Positions 35,001 through 50,650 of a DNA stretch of 64,000 nt are shown piece by piece. Within the stretch, counting starts at the first letter, position 1. The number at the start of each line of letters is the position of its first letter. The position numbers and the translations under genes are program-made. Source of the DNA: Vicugna vicugna. Its lineage: Eukaryota. Under the pieces are notes generated by a model. The model was not told the origin of the DNA and did no database searches. It was given only the letters and a program-made list of their open reading frames with translations. The DNA lies in assembly GCA_013265495.1 (NCBI GenBank), contig MU058463.1, positions 4,238,244 to 4,302,243 of the forward strand. The letters are read 5' to 3'.

Positions 35001-38000
35001 GATGTGGCCACATGATTTAAGTTTTGGCCAAAGTGATTGATGTGAAAGTGTTGGACAGCACCTCTGGGACAGCCGAGTTGCCAGGTGTTACCTGCCTTCC
35101 TCTCAGCCACCAGCCCGTCCCATTCATTGTCACAGGGTCAAGGGTAAGCTGGGAATAAAACCAACACTGGTTTTGGTTTTGCTTAGATCTATTGAGTCTA
35201 GTTTCCCTGTTAAGAACCTATTTTGACTATTGGAATAAGCACCTGCTTTTTGTTCTACTTTGAAAATAGGACATTAGTCTTCAGGCAGAAGGAAACAAAG
35301 AGAAACAACATAGTGATCAGATCTAGCCATTCAACCTCTTTCACACGAGCAAGAGTGCAAGTCACCAACAAAGGTTACTTTTGATGGTTGAAAGAGAATT
35401 TAAGTGAAAGAAATTGATTAATCCAGGAGAAAGTAGAAAGGCTCGGCTCTCACGGTGGACTGAGCCGTGGGATTCAGACATGTGATACATACTAATAAAG
35501 GAGGCTGAAGGTACTGAGACTAAAGGCAGGATGTGGGAAACGATCTTCCCTTTATTCCCTCTTGGTTGGAAACCCCATTATGTGCTCTATCGGCTCCCTG
35601 AACTCCTTTGAGGAGAAAAGAATATTGAAGAGCAATCCCATATCTTCTAGTGCTATTTTGAGCCGGCCCTACTCATGGCCTCATTTCCCTCCTTGCACAG
35701 TTTGGATTCATTCCATGATTTTAATCGCTCCCTTGCCTACACCTTCAACTCCCTCCCTTGGTAAACCCAGCTCTTAGCTTCACCTGAGTAGCTGGAAATA
35801 GCTGGAGGAAGAAAACATATGCCTTGTGATGTTTCTGTACAGGGTGCAATGTTACTGCCTTGTCCTGCTGATAGGGACAAAAAAAGTTACTCGCTACTTC
35901 CCTGGGTTGAATATCTGAAGGTTTGATCAGAATATATAAATACCTAACACATTAGCATATATTTAGCCTGCTCTGACAAAGCATTCAGGGGTAATCATTT
36001 GGTTGGTCAGAGTTGCTGTCTAACTAGGGAAAAATATTATTATTAAATTTTTAAAAAGACAGCTAATTTGAAACTTATAACATCAAATAAGTTTCTATAC
36101 CAATATTTTACACACATTTAGTTTAAGGAAGTTGAATATGCATACATTATTCTACATTATTTTCTTAGTAAGCTCTTTCTAGGTAGTATAAAGGAAAACT
36201 TTAATAAAGTCTAGGTTATTTTCTTAGTTGAGTTCATTCATTCATTCAACCAATATTTGTTGAGTGCACATTATGAATGTGATAAACATATAGTTGTTTA
36301 CTTGTTGTAAAATTAGTTAATTGTTTCTCTGCATTCTCTGCTGAGGATAGGAATTCTGCTTGCCTTAGACAGAGCTGTATGCTCAGAACTCAGCACAGTG
36401 CCTTACACGTGATAGGCACTCCACAGCTACTTCCACTGACCAAAGGAGCATCCATGAATACTTAGGGCAGTGTAGGATGGGTCAGTGTAACTTCTAGTTA
36501 GATGGCTAGAAGAGTCAGAAGGGTGATGAAGATTTGTTTCAAGAAAAGGGATTGGCTAATCCAAATATGTATAAAATTCTTAACCATGGAAAACCTGTCC
36601 CATTGTCCTTGGAATATTTTAAGGACACCTGGTTTTATATTAAACGGGCAGGGTTAAGTTTAATTTCCAGACCGTGACAATATCACCTATGGCGAATATT
36701 CCTGAGATAAATGAAAGCTGTTTCTTTCTATCTTTAGCATCTCTATGGATGAAATATTTATAATCAATTATGAACACAGAGTAGTAGATCCTTTTGGGGT
36801 GTGGACCAAGGGTAGATAATCAGAGGGCTCATGAAAGTTTGACTGCTTCATTAAAAAAATTAATGGTCTTTATTTCTTAGAGAAGTTTTAAGTGTACAGA
36901 AAAATTAAATAGAAAGTATGGAGTTCTGCCCTGACCCCGCCCTGTTTCTTCTACTATTAAAGTCCTGTAGTGGTGTGGTACATTTGTTACAATTGATGAA
37001 CAAATATGAATACATTATTATTAACTGAAGTCCATATTTCACCTTAGGATTTACTCTGCATTATATAATCTATTGGATTTTGCCAAATGTACATTGGCTG
37101 CTTCAATTTTTATCTAGCATAATGGCTAAATCATACAAGATTTTAGTAGAATGAACAGGTGAGAAACCAATATAATTAAAAAATCAATTTGTACAATAAA
37201 ATGATTTAAATTACTTGGGTTGGTGCTGCATTATTTAATAGGTTTTTTACTTCTATTGTAATGTACTTACACAAGTAGATTTATTAGTAAATGTTCATTT
37301 CTTATACTTGTTGGATTTATTAAAATAAATGAATCAAACTGATATAAAACACTTTGAAAATATTTGATAATAATGAGAGTTTTGCCCTTTATTTAACCAC
37401 AAGAAAATGATGCCATTTTTTTAATCTGTTAATCATTGGGTACTTGGACATCAAGTAAGACAGGGATATCTGAAACGTAACATCAAGTAAGTGATTACCA
37501 GTGTGACCGGTGTACAGTTTGCCATATATCCTAGCACATAGGGAGTGTATAAGGCATACTGGCTATCGATTACAATGAAAAGTTTTCTGATATTGGAAGT
37601 GTTAAATCAAGTTTCAGTTGCTGAAAATGGGAGAAAAGTAAGAAAAAAAAGCCCTATTTTTAAATAAGAAGTTAGTGAGGAAAATTGTTCCCTGAAATTG
37701 CAGAATCTTAGAAACAGAAAGGAAGTAGAGATCACCTAGTGCAAGCTTCTTAACCCAGATCGTGAATCCCTTCTCTGTTGCCTGTTTTTGGTGGCTCTGT
37801 AGTTTAGGTCTTCAGCAGGAGTGGGCACCCAGCTCTTGTTAAGTGGCCTTTGCCATCGATGGGTGGCACTAGTCGTTTGAAAGGTTTTTCTTAAGCTAAA
37901 CCTGAAGTTTTCCTTTTAATAACGTCTGTCTGTAGGCCCTAAGTTTTCCCTTTAGTCTTGGAAAGAATACAGCTGCCACCCTGCCTCTAATAGTACTCCC

Positions 38001-38159
38001 TTCTATGCTGTTCTACTATATTCTAGGCTAAAAAATCCAACCCCCCCCAAAAAAAAACCTCTTGCCATTTTATTGTTTTTATTATATTATTTTTAGGTTC
38101 TTCACAACCTTTCTTACACTCCTTGAAAATAGACTCTTGCCTATTAAAATAACTTTTTC

Positions 38160-38920
38160 TTTACTTATTGTTATTATTATTTGTGATCAGAACACTTAAC
38201 ATAAGACCTACCCTCTTAGCAAAATTTTAAGTATACAATAGATTATTGCAAGCTATAGGAACTAATCTGTGCTGTAATCTTCAGGACTTACTCACCTTGT
38301 ATAACTGAAATATTGTGCCCTTTGACTCATACCTCCCCGTTTCCCCCTTCTCCCCACCCCTGGGAACCACATTCTGCTCTCTGCTTCGATGAGCTGGACT
38401 ATTTTAGATTCGTCAGATAAGTGATATCATGTAGTGTTTGTCCTTCAGTGTCTGGCTTATTTCACTTTGCATAGTGTTCTCCAGGCTTGTCCATGTTGGC
38501 CCAAATGGCATGATTTACTTCTTTTCTTAAGGCTGAATAATAGTCCACTGTAAAGGATATACCACATTTAAAAAATCTATTTTATCCATCGATGAGCATT
38601 TAGGCAATAAAAGCAAAAATAGACAAGTGGGACTACATCAAACTAAAAAGCTTCTTCACAGTAAAGGAAAAAGTCCACAAAATGAAAAGGCAACCACCAG
38701 AACAGGAGAAAATATTTGCAAACCATATCTCTGATAAGGGGTTAATATTCGAGTTATATGAGGAAATCCTATACCTCAATAGAAGAAACCAAGTAACCCA
38801 ACTAAAACATGGGCAAAGGAATTGACATTTCTTCAGAGAAGTTGTCCAAATGGCCAAGAGGTATATGAAAATGTGCTCAACGTCACTAATCATCAGAGAT
38901 ACGCAAATTAAGACCACAAT
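38160..38920 (-). mobile_element. Old L1MA-like insertion with 5' inversion
   Basis: Minus-strand L1 3' end at ~38160-38600 joined to a plus-strand ORF2 segment at ~38602-38920. Confidence 0.75.
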
Positions 38921-40984
38921 AAAGTGACTCTAAAGATTGCGAAGTCTACAATAAAACACACACTAATACCAGATGTAGTTTTACTGTCAGTGGTTGTGTT
39001 TTTATTATTGCATGCACAGCTTTTCTCTGTGACAGGAGGAATTTGACTTGAATAACTTCTAAGGTCTTTGCAACTTGCAAAAGCTGTTGTATTCAGGGGT
39101 GTGTGTGCACGCATGTGTTCCACACATGCCATCTTTCTGGCTTCTTGAACTTGCCATTGATGCAGAGTCCCAGATAATTTTTCACATAGATTCCTGTCTG
39201 CTAAGCTGCATCTTAAGCAACTGTGTGACAAACAACATTTGTCTTTGTTATATCTTCACTTGTCCACTTCTCTTAGTTGCTGAAGCCCATGTGGGTGATT
39301 CTGAATGTTAATTCCCCACGTGTTGGACTGGTTAGCTCACCAAGGTCTGTGTCATCTATGAATTTTGTTAGCATGATTCCCATCTATGCATTTAATTTTT
39401 GATTTTGACTTATTTAATTTTGATTCATTTAATTGTTGATAAAATAAAAGTAGAAAACAGCTAAAACGGAATCTTATTTCTAGCCTTTTCTCTTCCATTT
39501 GACATTCCATTCATCAACAATCTTTGAATAGACCTGTCGTATCAACAACGTGTCCATCTAATTGATAACTATTATCCAGCTTTTTAAATTGTCCAAAAAG
39601 ATATCATGAATGAGCTGTCAAATCCTTGCAAAAATATAATATACTGTGTCTACAGTATTACCACACTTGATGAGAGTAACAATGCTGTCCAAGAAGGGAA
39701 AGTGTTTTGTTTGACCTGACTTACTCGAGGTGAACTTACATTGTCTCTGGAAGGCAATTCTCTCTCATTCATTCTCTCTCTCTCTCTCAAAAGATCAAAA
39801 ACAGTCTATTTAATCATCTATTCTGGAACTTTTGTGAGAAGGAATGTTATGTTTTCTAGTCTGTATTTTCTGGGAACCATCTTTTCTTGCTTCTTGGAAA
39901 GCAGAATGTTTCATTGTCTCATTCATGAGCAGAAAAGGCCAATCCTTTGACACCATGTTCATCTAAAGCCTAGAGATGGAGAACATAGAAAGATATGTAG
40001 TGGGTGGGAAAAGTGATTTTTGGAGGGAACATGGGCATATTCAGTTTAATTACAAAATGCTTCCTTCCCCTATGATCTTTTCATGCCTTTTTAATAGAGT
40101 CATTAGTAAATGATACATAATAGATAGTAAAGAATAGAGAATACCTACATTAATGACTGAGCATCTGTGTACCTGATGCAATGTATCCAGACTCCTAGAC
40201 TCTCTCTGCTCATGGTACTATCCGTACAGCAGAGGGCCTCCTCCGCCCCGACACTAGCAAGACTGAGAGTGGAGCTACTATAGCGCCTCTGTTAAAACCA
40301 GCTTGGACTCCACAAGTCTGTCTGAAAATCCACTTGATCATAAGTACAGGGGAACGAAGCCCCAGGGGCTCTCACACTAGGCAACATGAGTATAGTATCA
40401 GTTCTTAATAGCCTGTGAAACGGTGGCTTCTTGCTGATGAACAGGCATCGTTCCTCAAAAGAAGCTCCGTTTCACTTCTAATAAAACACTGTTTGGAAAA
40501 TATGATGGTTAATTTTATGTGTCAACTTAGCTAGCCTATTGTGCCCAGCTGTTTGGTCAAACAGCTAGTCTAGATGTTGCTGTGAAGGTATTTTGAAGAC
40601 ACAGTTAACGCTTACAATTAGTTAGCTTTAAGTAGAGTATCTTTGATAATGCAGGTGGGCTTCATCCAGTCAACTGAAGGCCGTAACAAAAAACAGGTTT
40701 CCCAGATAAGAAGAAATTCCATGTCAATGTATGACAAATATCCTGTCTGAGTTTCCATCCTCCCTGCTGACTCTAAAGATTTTAGACTTAAGACTGAAAC
40801 TTCAACACTTTCCTGAATTTGCAGTCAGCTGGTTTGCCCTATAGACTTCATACTTACCAACCCCTACAATTATGTATCAGTTCTTTAAAATCAATCCCTC
40901 TCTTTCTCTCTGTGAATCTATCAATTAATAGATATAGATATAAAGATATATATATATATATCTCCATCCACTGGGTTCCATTTC

Positions 40985-41646
40985 TTTTTTTTAAATGTGT
41001 GTTTTGTATATCTAAATTTTTTAAAATTGAAGTTTAGTCTGTTTACAATGTTGTGTTAATTTCTGGTGCACAGCATAGTGATTCAATTCTACATACATAT
41101 ATTCCTTTGTTTTTAATTTTAATTTTTTTAACATTATTTATTGAGTAACAGTCATTTTGCAATGTTGTGTCAAATTTCAGTGTAGAGCACAATTTTTCAG
41201 TTATACATGAACATATATATAATTCATTGTCACATTTTTTTCTCTGTGAGCTACCATAAGATCTTGTATATATTTCCTTGTGCTGTACAGTATAATCTTG
41301 TTTATCTACTCTACATTTTGAAATCCCAGTCTGTCCCTTCCCACCCCCCGCCCCCTTGGCAACCACAAGTTTGTATTCTATATACATACATACATTCCGT
41401 TTCATATTCTTTTTCATTATAGGCTATTACAAGGTATAGAATGTAGTTCCCTGTGCTTCACAGTAGGACCTTGCTGTTTATCTGGATTTGTGAAGATTTT
41501 TCCCTGTAGTAACAGTTGTACAAGATCTTCTGTCAAAGTTCAGTAGGTATTCTGTGAGAAGTGTTCCACACGTAGATGTATTTTTGATGTACTCATGGGA
41601 GAGGGTGAGCTCCGCGTCCTTCTATTCTGCCATCTTGAAGTCGACC
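40985..41646 (-). mobile_element. L1 5'UTR-3'UTR fusion element (probable spliced L1 retrocopy)
   Basis: 41482-41646 is an L1 5' end (minus strand 'caagatggcagaatagaaggacgcggagctcaccctctccca') joined directly to an L1 3'UTR, with an A tail and a degenerate TSD. Confidence 0.75.
41105..41382 (-). mobile_element. Short 5'-truncated young L1 nested in the fusion element
   Basis: Reverse complement of the 3'UTR at ~11930-12187; TSD tacatacata(t/c)attc at 41090-41104 and 41383-41397. Confidence 0.9.
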
Positions 41647-43876
41647 TTGGCTCTGTTTCTGTAGAGAATGCTGACTGACAAGGAAGGTAACTTTCCAGTG
41701 ATCTTCACATGTGACATGTGGAACTCCTGATGGCTCCTTCCATTCACTGCTGGCCACTCACTTTGATATTTCACACTTTCACAGATCATGGGTCATCCAT
41801 GACTTCCAGCAAGATCAGGCACATAGCAACCACTTCATAAATATTTGAAAGGATGCTGAATACAATGTAAAGAGGAGTTAAACTTCACCCGCACTGTTGA
41901 TGTTTCTTCCAGTAATATTTACTACAGTGATGTAAAATTTCTGTTTCCTTTGTAGTCTGCATGTGTGCTCTTCCTAGTGTCTCATCGCAGGCCTGGGAGC
42001 TATGGGGAAACACCACGGTTGCCCTTTGAGATGGCACTCTTGCTGCCCTGCCCTCGTTAGCCTTTGTTCTTCATCAATTCCTGGTCTAGGCCTCTGGATT
42101 CGGCACAGAGAGGAAGCCATGCTTTTAGGATGCTAAGGACACCTGGAATTTTTTTTTTTACGCCCCTCCTTATCGCATTTCTGCCCATTCCTACCCAGGG
42201 TTTATCTCCCAGGTGTTGCCAATGTCTGAACTTCTGATTAGAGATAAAACTAAGCTATATTAGTAATTGTCACATGAAATGCAAAGTCCAGGATGACAAA
42301 TAAGCTCTGAAATGGAGTGTTCCAAGCTGCCTAGATCTTGACTACATCTTCCAAAGGGCAAATTTATGAGAAATGACCTGGGACTCCTGGGGAGAATGAA
42401 GAGTTGCAGACGAAATGCCACTGACCCTGTCCATTTGAGAGAGTACTGAAGAGATGCCGTCCAAGGGAAAGAGGAATAAAACTAGGAGGAGGGCAAGGAA
42501 AGCACACTCAGCAAGGAACTGTTTGGATTATAGAAGTCAATGGAGATCAGGGAATGGGAGGATGGGGCAGAAACTTATGTTTATGCTGTGTCCATTCGGT
42601 GCTGGACACTGTGAAATGAAATGCTTTATATCATCTCATTTCACCTCACATGAGTCTGATAAAGTGGGTGCTTTTGCTCCATTATAAGCTAAAGATCTCA
42701 AGTTCAGAATATTTAAATAACTTTGCCCAATATCCTAGAGTTTGAGTAACAAAGTCAGAAGAATATAGGTTCATCCAACTCCAAAGTGTATGATTTTCTC
42801 ATCTATACTTCACTGTAGGAAAAGAAATAGATTTTCTAAAAAAAAAAGAAAAGAAATCATATTGAGTAATGTAAATTTAAGTTTAGCATAGTTTGAGGCC
42901 ATTTTCCTCTTGTGAAATATCATGTGCATTTCTGTACTTACTGGAAAGCAAACTGGGGAAAGGTATTTTTCTTTCTTAATTGTATCAATGAAATGATCTT
43001 ACAATTACATAAGTAGTTGCTCATTATGGTCTAGCCAGTGGCTTGGCTTCTTGTCCAAACCTCACAATGAAATATGCAGACTTTCTGGAACCACATATTA
43101 AAATCTTTGCAGTTGAATCAGCCTTTCTTCTTTCTGAGTAACCTAAACTCACTGCTATTCAGCAGATTAGAGAATTCCAGGGATGAGAACTTTAAAATCC
43201 AATGTCAAAAGGTAATCATTACTTCAGTTTCACACTCATGAATACTGGCTTTGTCCTAATTTATTCTCAGGCATGTGGGTGTGTCCTGCAGTGCAGTGCC
43301 CTGTACTACAGCCTTGTAGTGATCAACCCAAAATGTGACATAAGTGTAAATTAATAAAAGGATGTTCTTGTGTAAACTAGCCCTGATGAAAATTCTTAAA
43401 CAGATATGCCAAAAATGGTGGGTAATTCTGACAACTCTCAAGTAAGCCTAGAGTCCCCAAGGTGATTGATTGGAATGAGAACCCTCACTGGGTGTGTTAA
43501 ATTGAGTGGATTTGCTAGGGCTGCTAAAGAATTTGAAGAGCACTGAATGCAGAGTCAGGAAGCATCCATTTGCATCCCAGCACTGCATCCCAGCTCCCTG
43601 AAAGGCACTGTTTATATTCTGGTGCCACCTGAGAGCTAGTGTCAGTCACCTGACCTTTCTGAGCTTCTTTCTTCATTTGTGACACTGCTGAATAACACCT
43701 CCTGAAATTGTTGTGATCGCCAAGTAAACCTGATGATAGGAAGCCCTCAAAACAGTGAAGCACTAGAATAGAATAACTCATTTATATTTAACCTCTAAGT
43801 TTAACATCACAATTTGAAACCAAAACTTTCAGATTCATTAGCCTTGGTGAGAAATTCCAGAAATTCCGGAATCACC

Positions 43877-43898
43877 TGTGTGTGTGTGTGTGTGTGTG
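43877..43898. repeat. (TG)n microsatellite
   Basis: Directly visible. Confidence 0.9.
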
Positions 43899-44499
43899 TT
43901 CCAGATATTTCTGTGCTCAGTTTGATATCTAATGCCACCAGTAAAATACATGTGCTCAATTTTACAAGCCCCAGAGGACCAGTGGATACTGCTTGCTTTT
44001 GCATACTGGGACCTAGGTCTCAACTGTTTCCATGGACTCAGCCTTATCCTATTCCAGAGTAAACGAGATCAGAGTAAAACTGAGTACACATGCTAAGAAC
44101 CTGGTGCTTTGCAAACCATACGATATTTTAGAGAGCCAGAGATAACATCATATTTATTGTGTGTAGGACTCAGGTGAGGAATAGGACAATAGTGTATCCA
44201 TCTCTCTCTGGGGGCTCAGTATGTCCTTGGAGATTCCTACTTGAGGCAAGATCATGCCATTGATAGAAGGAGAAGTGAGAGCCAAGGATTTAACTCCTCC
44301 CTAATCCTATTTCTTTCATATCTACTTTGAGTTTCTCCTATGGATGTTAGAATCCCATTCTTGTCCCTAGCAGGGATCAGTAGCTACATTATCTTGGTCA
44401 CATTATCTAACTTCGCTTTGTCTTGGGTTCATCACTGTAAAGTGGGGAAAATCACAGAACCTAATTCTTTCCTACATGTAAAACATTTATAGAAGTGTT

Positions 44500-44530
<31 letters not shown>

Positions 44531-44572
44531 ATATATATATATATATAGTTATATATATATATATAGTTATAC
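44500..44572. repeat. (TA)n compound microsatellite
   Basis: Directly visible. Confidence 0.9.
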
Positions 44573-46529
44573 ATATACAGTGTTTAACAGCACAGATTCT
44601 AAAGTTAGATGGCCTTGGTTCAAATCCCAGCTCCACCACTTATTGCTCTTATAACCTTCTAACAACCGGGTAATAATAGGACCAACCTCATAGAGTTATT
44701 GTGATGATTAAATATGCTAGCAGATGTATAGTTCTATTAATAGGGCTGGCCCATTGTAAGTACTATATAAACGCTCACTATCATACTATTGTTTCCTGGA
44801 AAAGCTTCAAATACTGTCTATAAGGGTATGGAAATAAGATGTAAAAATTTCCAACATTATCAACTGTTGTTTCTCTGGTTCTCTTAAGCATAAAAATCAC
44901 ATAATAGTGATGCTGGGATTTTCTTTACTTTCCAGACCTAATATTTTGGCGATATCCCTCATATGTCATTTTCTCTCTCTTTTTAAGATTAGCAATTGGC
45001 ATATCTTTAACCAAATCTTTATTAAGATCATTTTATTCCCTGGTTCACTTAAACTTAGTTATTTAATCTCTCTGTATCCAATTCTTTTCTCTCCCTGAAT
45101 GCAAAAAGTCAGTGATTTTTAAAGGCTTCTTACAGAAAAGGTTCACACATATTGGGAGGATGATAAATAAGCTAAACATTTGTTTGGGACAGCTTCTGAT
45201 TCCGTCTCTTCTCCTCTTTCCTCACAGCATTCACTTTAATGTTTCTGCCATTCACTTATTCACTCAGTATTTACTGAGTAGCCTTATCATGCACCATGAT
45301 AGGTGGTTAGAAAAATCCTGATCTGACACTTGAGTAGTGTTTCATAGCTTACAGATCGTTTTCACATACATTCAATGCATTCAGTCCTAGGAGGCACTCA
45401 CTTCACTTCACCCTAGTTCTTCCTCTGCTTTTAACTTTCTATTACTCTTAATCTTCCCCATTCCTTTCTCAAATCTTTGGTGTGCAGAATATTTATTGTG
45501 CATATTGTGGGTGGAGTGGAGTGGGAAGCTGATTGGAAGAAAAGGCAAGAGGTGGGGGAAGAGATACATATCAGGTGAGGATGCAGGTCCAGAGATGTTT
45601 CCAAGCCTGGACACTTTAGTATACAAAGACAGAGTGCCATCTCTTATTTAGGGAAATACATAGTCACCTGAAAAGGAAAAATGCCCATCAGTGCATCCAT
45701 CACTAGAAACTCAATTAAGACAAGACAGAGAGCTAGTGGCCTCTCAAATCTTCCCTTATCCTCAAACAGTTAAGCATTTTTAACATATTGAAGAAGTAAA
45801 GAGTTACAACCCTCCCTTTCCCCACAAACATTCAGGCCGTTAAGTCCCAGCATTAAAGTTTCCTATTTCCTCTTGAATTTCATGACACCAACCAGGAGGT
45901 AGGAAATAGAACATACAAAATTAAGCAGAAAATTATTCCTTCAGTCTCATATCACCCATTTCATTCATTATTATGCCTCTCATGCACAACCAAGACTTCT
46001 GTAAGGAAATACCAGTGCTTCCTGTTATGGACCGGCTTATGGTAGATGAATATGTTCAGTGGTGGAGAATGAGGGCAAACAGCTGCTCCTGTCCAGGCAC
46101 ACAGTACCTCTGACATGTGAGCTTGTACTGATTTCTCCAGGGGAACTTTGAAGGTCACAGGATACAAGCAGATGATACAATTGATAAACTTCTACTCTGG
46201 TATGTACCGAGCTCATTCCTAACTCAGACTCCTTTAACTTGCTTTGCCCTCTGCTTGGAATGCCCTTCCTCCAGAACTTCCTATGGCTATCTTTTATTTT
46301 TCAGCTCAAATGCCAGTTTTGTGGGGGGTCTCCCAGCAAGACTCTATAAAGTAGCGTCCCTGAACTCAATCCTTCTATCTTATTTGACAATTTTATTTTC
46401 TTCGTGGCATTTATTTCTACCTGAAGTAGATTTACTCTTTTATATATTTATTATCTGTCTCCCTCACAAGACTCTAAGTTTCAAGAGAGCAGAGATTATT
46501 TTTTTTAACATGTTGCCTAGAACATAGGA

Positions 46530-47275
46530 GTAGATCTTTAATAAATACTGGTGGAATAAACACGTGAGAAACATATTTATCCAGTGCCTACTATGTGCCA
46601 ATTCTCTTTTAGGCACTGGGGATGTGGTAATGAATCCAGCAAAACCCAAATCTATGATCTCTTGGACCTTACATTCTTTTTTTTTTTTAATTCTAATACA
46701 GGAAAACAAACAGTAAACAAAGCAGGAAAGGGATGCTATTGTGGGGCTGTGCTGTATTAATAGGTTGAGCAAGGGAGGGTCTTGCTGCAGAGACCTGAAG
46801 ATGGTGAGAAGGGAATATCTGAACAAGAGGAGGAAGATAACAGGGGGAAGAGAAGTGAGTCTTTTAGCAAAGAGAGCAGGAAGTCAAAGTTCCTGAGAAA
46901 CAATAGCGGCGGTTGGGGTGGTAATGTGGTTAAAGCAGCAGGCTCCTGGGAGAGCAGCAGGGGATAGGAAGGACCGAGAGGTGGGACAGCTTCGATCTTG
47001 TAAACTATTGAAGGCAATGAAAGGACTTTGGTTTTTACTCTTTGGTGAGAAGGGAAGCCAGTGAGGGGCTTTGAACAGAGTCACAGGATCTGACTTAGGT
47101 TCTAATAGGACCCCTCGTTTTGTTCTGGTGATAGAAGACTATAGGAGGCAGAGGTGGAAGCAGTTGGGAGACCAAGGCAGGAGATGATGCGTGGCTTGGT
47201 CCAGGATGGTGACAGGGAGGTGGTGAAACATAGCCTGGCAGAATTTGGAAGGCAGAACTGACAGGAGTTGCTGAT
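46530..47275 (-). mobile_element. L2 LINE fragment
   Basis: 'aaacatatttatccagtgcctactatgtgcca...taggcactgggg', 'aaggactttggttttt..gggaagcca..gaggggcttt', 'gggagacca..ggag' are typical L2 antisense patterns. Confidence 0.65.
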
Positions 47276-47899
47276 ACAATCAACAAAATAATGATACAAA
47301 AATATGTACAGAATTGATACAAAGAAGGTTTTTCTTGGATTTACATAACAGACTTTTTTTTAGGCCCCTTACACTGATACAACAGATAGTAGCACAGCCG
47401 CCTAGCATTTGACGCTGGAACTTGGAACTTCCGTGTCAGCTATTATCTATACACCAAAGAGCGAAAAACGAAAGACTGGTCGAATATATTCAGTATCAAA
47501 ATCTGTACACTGACATGAATGAGGTAATTGTTCAGCAGACGCACACATCTTAAAGTTAAAATGACACTTACCCCGAGGAGACTGTAAAGCTCACTGGGTG
47601 GTTACACAAAAGGAGAAACATTATTATCAAGAAGAAAGATCTCGCCTGATTTATCTTGATTGATAGTCTGTACTTCAGTCTGCCCCCGTAACTGTTCAGA
47701 CTTCCGACCCTTGCCTACCAGGCTACGCCGAGAGCCTTTGGAGCTATTACTCAACTTGGCATTCTTTTACCTGGCGCGACCAAACAGTGGCTGCACAACA
47801 AAAATTCATTGGTCTGGTGAATTTTTAACGTCTTTCGCTGTCCTCTTTCTGCAGCGCTCAGGAGCACTTTATTTTATTTGAAGTCAGGGATCAGATAAT

Positions 47900-50650
<2,751 letters not shown>

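Larger units (their letters stand above)
40501..41680 (+). mobile_element. MLT2-like LTR interrupted by nested L1-derived insertions
   Basis: Start 'tatgatggttaattttatgtgtcaactt'; its end 'ggctctgtttctgtagagaatgctgactgaca' is displaced to 41647-41680. Confidence 0.8.
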
